Both the position numbers and the translations under genes were made by a program. The notes beneath the pieces were generated by a model. The model made no database searches. It had not been told where the DNA came from and worked only from the letters and a program-made list of their open reading frames with translations. Shown here in pieces: positions 59,942 to 64,000 of a stretch of 64,000 nt of DNA. Source of the stretch: an uncultured candidate division Zixibacteria bacterium. Its GTDB lineage: Bacteria > Zixibacteria > MSB-5A5 > UBA10806 > 4484-95. Where the stretch lies: the NCBI GenBank assembly GCA_963668625.2, contig CAXXKA010000008.1, positions 64,001 to 128,000 on the forward strand. The letters are read 5' to 3'. Numbering within the stretch: the stretch's first letter is position 1; each line of letters begins with the position of its first letter.

Positions 59942-60134
59942 TCCATCCTTGCCTTAATAGGATCTTACATAAATTGATTTCACAGACAAATGTTGCAAAA
60001 TTTATCGGCTCTTTAATTGCAAATATAATCCCGCCCGCAATAATTACCGTTTTCCTCAGTTGCCTTGGATGTTAACCGATTAAATAAATGATAAAATAAT
60101 CTATCCTTGATTATTCAAAATGGGAGGAGTATCG

Positions 60135-60590
60135 ATGTCAACCGGCTGGTCAGGCGCATTAATGTCCGGAAATCCAATTATCGATTTCCAGCATAGAATG
60201 GCGCTCGAGATGTTCAAAAAGCTAATGGTCGATTTCCAGTCCGGCGGCAATAAATTCACTCTAGAGGAGGCGATCACATTTTTCGATTGTTATTCCATAG
60301 AACATTTTGGAGATGAGGAGGATATCATCTCCCGTCACAAACTGCCTGATATAGATAAACATGCAGAAGAACATCGCCGCACGAGAAAGAACGTGATTAC
60401 TTTCAAAGAGACAGTCGCCTCCAAGGGGTATTCCCGCTCCCTGACCGCTGAACTTCTCGCCCTTATAAGCGGATATCTAAGCGAACATTTTCAAAAGTCT
60501 GATAAATCCATTATTATCAATTTAAAAAAGATTTACACGCCGTACAAACAAACCAGTAAAATACAAACAGTCAGTGTCATTAAGACTTGA
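60135..60590 (+). CDS. Bacteriohemerythrin 2
   Basis: GNPIIDFQH, EHFGDEE, HAEEH, EHFQKSD; GGAGG RBS before ATG 60135. Confidence 0.88.
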   Translation: MSTGWSGALMSGNPIIDFQHRMALEMFKKLMVDFQSGGNKFTLEEAITFFDCYSIEHFGDEEDIISRHKLPDIDKHAEEHRRTRKNVITFKETVASKGYSRSLTAELLALISGYLSEHFQKSDKSIIINLKKIYTPYKQTSKIQTVSVIKT

Positions 60591-60624
60591 AACCCTTTTA
60601 ACTACCAAATCAATTATTCATGAT

Positions 60625-60878
60625 CACTGGTGTCCGGTGTTTTTCGGTCAATTTTAAATTTCTCATTGGCATTATTAGTGAAAGATATTTTCCGACATAA
60701 TTATATATTCATCGTATCATGCATCCTGATATGTCCTGTCGATGCTAGGATTAGTTTCCTGGTTTCCAAGCGCTGCCTGGAAACCTTCTTGAGTCATGTA
60801 GAATGCGCATTCTGCAGGCAAACAAACCACGTTGCGAAGTAGCGTTTCGCAACGAGATTGAAAGGCCCTACGCTAGTG
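60625..60878 (+). mobile_element. MITE family B, copy 3 (254 bp)
   Basis: Full-length alignment to 47994-48248; flanks ATTCATGAT / ATTCAGTCT (decayed TSD). Confidence 0.82.
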
Positions 60879-60995
60879 ATTCAGTCTAATACATCAAAAT
60901 AGCTAATCGCCGGTTATAGCGTAAAGGCACAATACCGCAGAACCGATAATTAGAGTGGTATGCTTAATTAAGTTATAATCAGAAGGAAAAACCTG

Positions 60996-61535
60996 ATGTC
61001 TGTCGGTTCCGAACTATTGCGCGTTCTGATCAATATAGTCATTCTTTTAGTCGCAGCCGGTATGTTGTATGAGTTTATAAACTGGTTTATCAGAAATATG
61101 TTTTTGCCGATCACCGATCTCAATAGAGAATTGAATAATGTACCCGAACTTCTAACTAAATTCGCTCAAGCCTATTCGGCAACCGGTAAACCCAACCGTC
61201 AGAATTTATCCACGGTATCCAATCAAATTAAAGTGCTGGCGAGTAGAATAATAGGCGGCAGGGACACGATCCCGGTATATGATTTTCTATCTAAACTCGG
61301 GATAGTACATAATCGCGAGGTTATCGATGATATTGTCCGCAGTTTAAATTTCCTTGCGGCGGCCCTTTTCGAAACGAATTCATCACAATCGACTATAGAT
61401 ATCGTACAACAGAAAATAATCAAACTCGAGGAGAGCCTGGGGATAGCGAAACTATCCGCCCGGCGCATAAAAGTAGAGCAATCCGCTCCCGAAACTTTAC
61501 CTGAAGAAGAAGCCGAACCGGAAAATCAAGTTTAG
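60996..61535 (+). CDS. Hypothetical protein with N-terminal TM helix
   Basis: 179-aa ORF, AAGGA RBS, helical content, acidic tail. Confidence 0.65.
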   Translation: MSVGSELLRVLINIVILLVAAGMLYEFINWFIRNMFLPITDLNRELNNVPELLTKFAQAYSATGKPNRQNLSTVSNQIKVLASRIIGGRDTIPVYDFLSKLGIVHNREVIDDIVRSLNFLAAALFETNSSQSTIDIVQQKIIKLEESLGIAKLSARRIKVEQSAPETLPEEEAEPENQV

Positions 61536-61621
61536 TCGCTTATTGTTTATCTTGCCATAATCCAAAAATTATCGTAATTTATAATGAATAGATTTCGGGC
61601 ATAAAAGCGGGATATTATATT

Positions 61622-62722
61622 ATGTCGAGATTATACTGTTTATCATGTGGAAAAGAATATAGCCTCGAAAATATTATCTGGAGATGTGCTTGCGGCGGGC
61701 TTCTGGATATCGATACAGGCGTGCGATTCGATACGAACATGATCGCAACCCGAAAACCGGGCCTGTGGCGGTATCGCGAGGCTATACCTATTGCGGATGA
61801 CCGAAACATAGTATCGTTCAACGAGGGCTTAACTCCATTACTCGAAATAGAAATCGAATCGCGGCATGTACTGGTCAAACAGGATCATATCTTCCCGACC
61901 GGATCATACAAAGATCGCGGCGCCTCGGTGCTTATCAGCAAAGTCAGGGAACTTGGTATTGATCATGTCGTGGAGGACTCCTCGGGCAATGCCGGAGCCG
62001 CCATCGCCGCCTATTGCGCACGGGCCGGTATAATCTGTGATATATACGTGCCATCCTCGATCCCTGCAGGAAAACTTAAGCAAATAGCTGCCTATAAAGC
62101 CGTGATACATAAAATCGAGGGAGGCCGGGAGAAGGCGGCGAAAGCCGCTTTGGAGGCCGCCGGGCAATATTATTACGCCAGTCATTGTTGGAATCCGTAT
62201 TTCATCCAGGGAGTCAAAACATTCGCTTTCGAGATTTGTGAACAGTTGCGCTGGCGCTCACCCGATACGCTGGTGCTACCGGCAGGTAACGGGACACTGG
62301 TACTGGGCGCATATATCGGGTTCGATCAATTGAAAAAAGCGGATATAATCGACAGTATTCCTAAAATCCTAGCTGTTCAGGCTGAAAATTGCGCTCCGCT
62401 GTATCAAGGATTCCATAACAAATCATCCGAAATACCGTATATAAAAACCAGACCCACGATTGCCGAGGGCATAGCCATCGCCGAACCTGTCAGAGGTAAA
62501 CAAATAATCGAGACCGTTCGAGCCACGGGCGGGGAATTTCTGAAAGTAAGCGAGGATGAAATTACGATCGCTTTAAAAGAGATGCATTCGAAAGGCTATT
62601 ATATAGAACCTACATCAGCCTCAACCATTGCCGGGTTGAAACAATACCTGAAAAAATCCCGAGGTGACAGAATAATAGTATCGACATTCACCGGTCATGG
62701 ATTGAAATACAGTGGCAAGTAA
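61622..62722 (+). CDS. Threonine synthase-like PLP-dependent enzyme
   Basis: C..CG...C.CGG, EG.TPL, PTGSYKDRG, DSSGNAG, PAGNG, EPTSA, TGHGLK. Confidence 0.88.
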   Translation: MSRLYCLSCGKEYSLENIIWRCACGGLLDIDTGVRFDTNMIATRKPGLWRYREAIPIADDRNIVSFNEGLTPLLEIEIESRHVLVKQDHIFPTGSYKDRGASVLISKVRELGIDHVVEDSSGNAGAAIAAYCARAGIICDIYVPSSIPAGKLKQIAAYKAVIHKIEGGREKAAKAALEAAGQYYYASHCWNPYFIQGVKTFAFEICEQLRWRSPDTLVLPAGNGTLVLGAYIGFDQLKKADIIDSIPKILAVQAENCAPLYQGFHNKSSEIPYIKTRPTIAEGIAIAEPVRGKQIIETVRATGGEFLKVSEDEITIALKEMHSKGYYIEPTSASTIAGLKQYLKKSRGDRIIVSTFTGHGLKYSGK

Positions 62723-62743
62723 GAGGGTAACAAAACAAGCAGC

Positions 62744-63487
62744 ATGAGTGTCTATTCGAAGAGTAATGGTGATGGCCGGTTTTCATGGAAAGGCAAGAAA
62801 TTCGGAGTGGAGATTTTACATTCCCGCGCCGGATTAGCCCAGCAGATATGGATTGAAAACGAAGATCGGGCGATTTTGGTAGACTGCGGCGACGGTTGCC
62901 TTCGCGATATAATAAATAACGATCTCGACCTGGCGAAACTCAACGCTATCCTGATAACACACGGGCATTTCGATCATATGGGCGGCCTTCATACCCTGCT
63001 GGGATTTTTGCGAATGACAGGCCGCAGGCAAGATTTGATTATCGTAACACCTGATGGTTGCCCGGAGGTATTAGCGGTAATAGGAAGCTTTCACTTCCTT
63101 TACCGTGGCAGTTTGCCTTTCGAAATCGAGCATAACAATTTGCGGGATGCCGGTACTTTAAATATCGGTGATATAACGATCACGCTCAGGGATATGATCC
63201 ACTGTGGCAGTGTCGAGGGCGGGAAGATACTCGATAGAATACCGGCCGCCGGTTATTGCCTGGTTACCGAGGGAGAAAAAGTGGCGATATCGGGAGACAC
63301 CGGCTTGAACGATAGCTTGAGAGAGATGGTTGTTGATGCCGATCTGGCGATAATCGAGGCAACTTATGAAAATAGCGGCAAAATCGATAACGAGTTAATC
63401 AACCGTGTTCATCTGGCCGAGGATATCGCTCATGATCTGGGCGGAACGGCCAAGAACTATGTGCTGGTGCATAAAGGTAAACGATAA
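62744..63487 (+). CDS. MBL-fold metallo-hydrolase (RNase Z-like)
   Basis: LVDCGDG, THGHFDH, SGDT, IEAT, H and LVH motifs. Confidence 0.85.
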   Translation: MSVYSKSNGDGRFSWKGKKFGVEILHSRAGLAQQIWIENEDRAILVDCGDGCLRDIINNDLDLAKLNAILITHGHFDHMGGLHTLLGFLRMTGRRQDLIIVTPDGCPEVLAVIGSFHFLYRGSLPFEIEHNNLRDAGTLNIGDITITLRDMIHCGSVEGGKILDRIPAAGYCLVTEGEKVAISGDTGLNDSLREMVVDADLAIIEATYENSGKIDNELINRVHLAEDIAHDLGGTAKNYVLVHKGKR

Positions 63488-63501
63488 ACAAAGGATTTGA
63501 T

Positions 63502-63876
63502 ATGGAGAAGCATATTTCGATACTGGGTATTATCTACATAGTCTATTCGGGTATTTTCCTGGTAGTGGCCGGGTTACTGTTTTTCACGGTTGCCGGCGCC
63601 GGCGTGCTATCCGGGGATGGTGATGCTATCGCCGTCACGGCTATCGTAGCAACCGCGGTATCGGCGTTTTTCGTGGTTGTTGCCTTGCCGGGATTGATCG
63701 GTGGAATCGGCTTGCTCAGCTATCAACCGTGGGCCAGATGGTTACTGGTGATACTCGGCTTCTTGAATCTGATTAATTTTCCCATTGGTACGGCGCTGGG
63801 GGCGTACACGATCTGGGCCTTGATGAATGCTGATATGGAGGCTCACTATAAAGCCAGGATGTCGGGAGTCGCTTAG
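63502..63876 (+). CDS. Small hypothetical membrane protein
   Basis: Three to four TM helices; PG.IGGIGLL..QPWAR..L...FPIGTALG.YT.W pattern. Confidence 0.78.
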   Translation: MEKHISILGIIYIVYSGIFLVVAGLLFFTVAGAGVLSGDGDAIAVTAIVATAVSAFFVVVALPGLIGGIGLLSYQPWARWLLVILGFLNLINFPIGTALGAYTIWALMNADMEAHYKARMSGVA

Positions 63877-63950
63877 TTAATAACGTTTTCTGATAGATTC
63901 CATTTCGGGGAACATCGTTCATAAAATTACCTATAATCTATATATATATT

Positions 63951-64000
63951 CACTACTGTCCGGTCTTTTCATCTCGTTGCGAAGCGCTGCTTCGCAACGT
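63951..64000 (-). mobile_element. MITE family B, copy 4 (inverted, cut by window end)
   Basis: CACTACTGTCCGGTCTTTTCATCTCGTTGCGAAGCGCTGCTTCGCAACGT matches the reverse complement of the right end of 47994-48248. Confidence 0.85.

Overview
Bacterial chromosomal window, probably candidate division Zixibacteria or a related FCB-group lineage. This is inferred from a dockerin-like GDINGD repeat protein next to a YPNPFN T9SS-type CTD protein. Contents in order: (1) 1-16.4 kb, minus-strand surface polysaccharide cluster (GT4 x2, GT2, CapK-like CoA ligase, Wzy/WaaL-like, Wzx, deacetylase, four GNAT paralogues, SGNH, hexapeptide acyltransferase, plus a partial CDS at 1-515 missed by the ORF track). (2) A divergent pair of paralogous secreted proteins with different C-terminal anchors. 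(3) A 1151-aa PAS/GAF-LuxR one-component regulator followed by a palindrome, promoter and candidate sRNA. (4) dTDP-rhamnose rfb genes and an epimerase. (5) moxR-DUF58-batABCDE operon with a REP cluster running in frame into one gene. (6) A RAYT (REP-associated tyrosine transposase) locus: two tandem RAYT copies, each bracketed by inverted 24-bp hairpins, an internally deleted derivative, and an AT-rich gene wedged between hairpins. (7) Housekeeping and redox genes (trkAH, tsaD, L,D-transpeptidase-family, ferritin-like, fprA-rubredoxin, dmpA, DUF721-gyrB, two hemerythrins). Two MITE families that carry REP-like hairpins (2 and 4 copies), an IS remnant and a probable IS110 remnant are dispersed through the window. 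No CRISPR, tRNA, rRNA or reverse transcriptase was seen. All calls are by eye and from memory of families; no searches were run.
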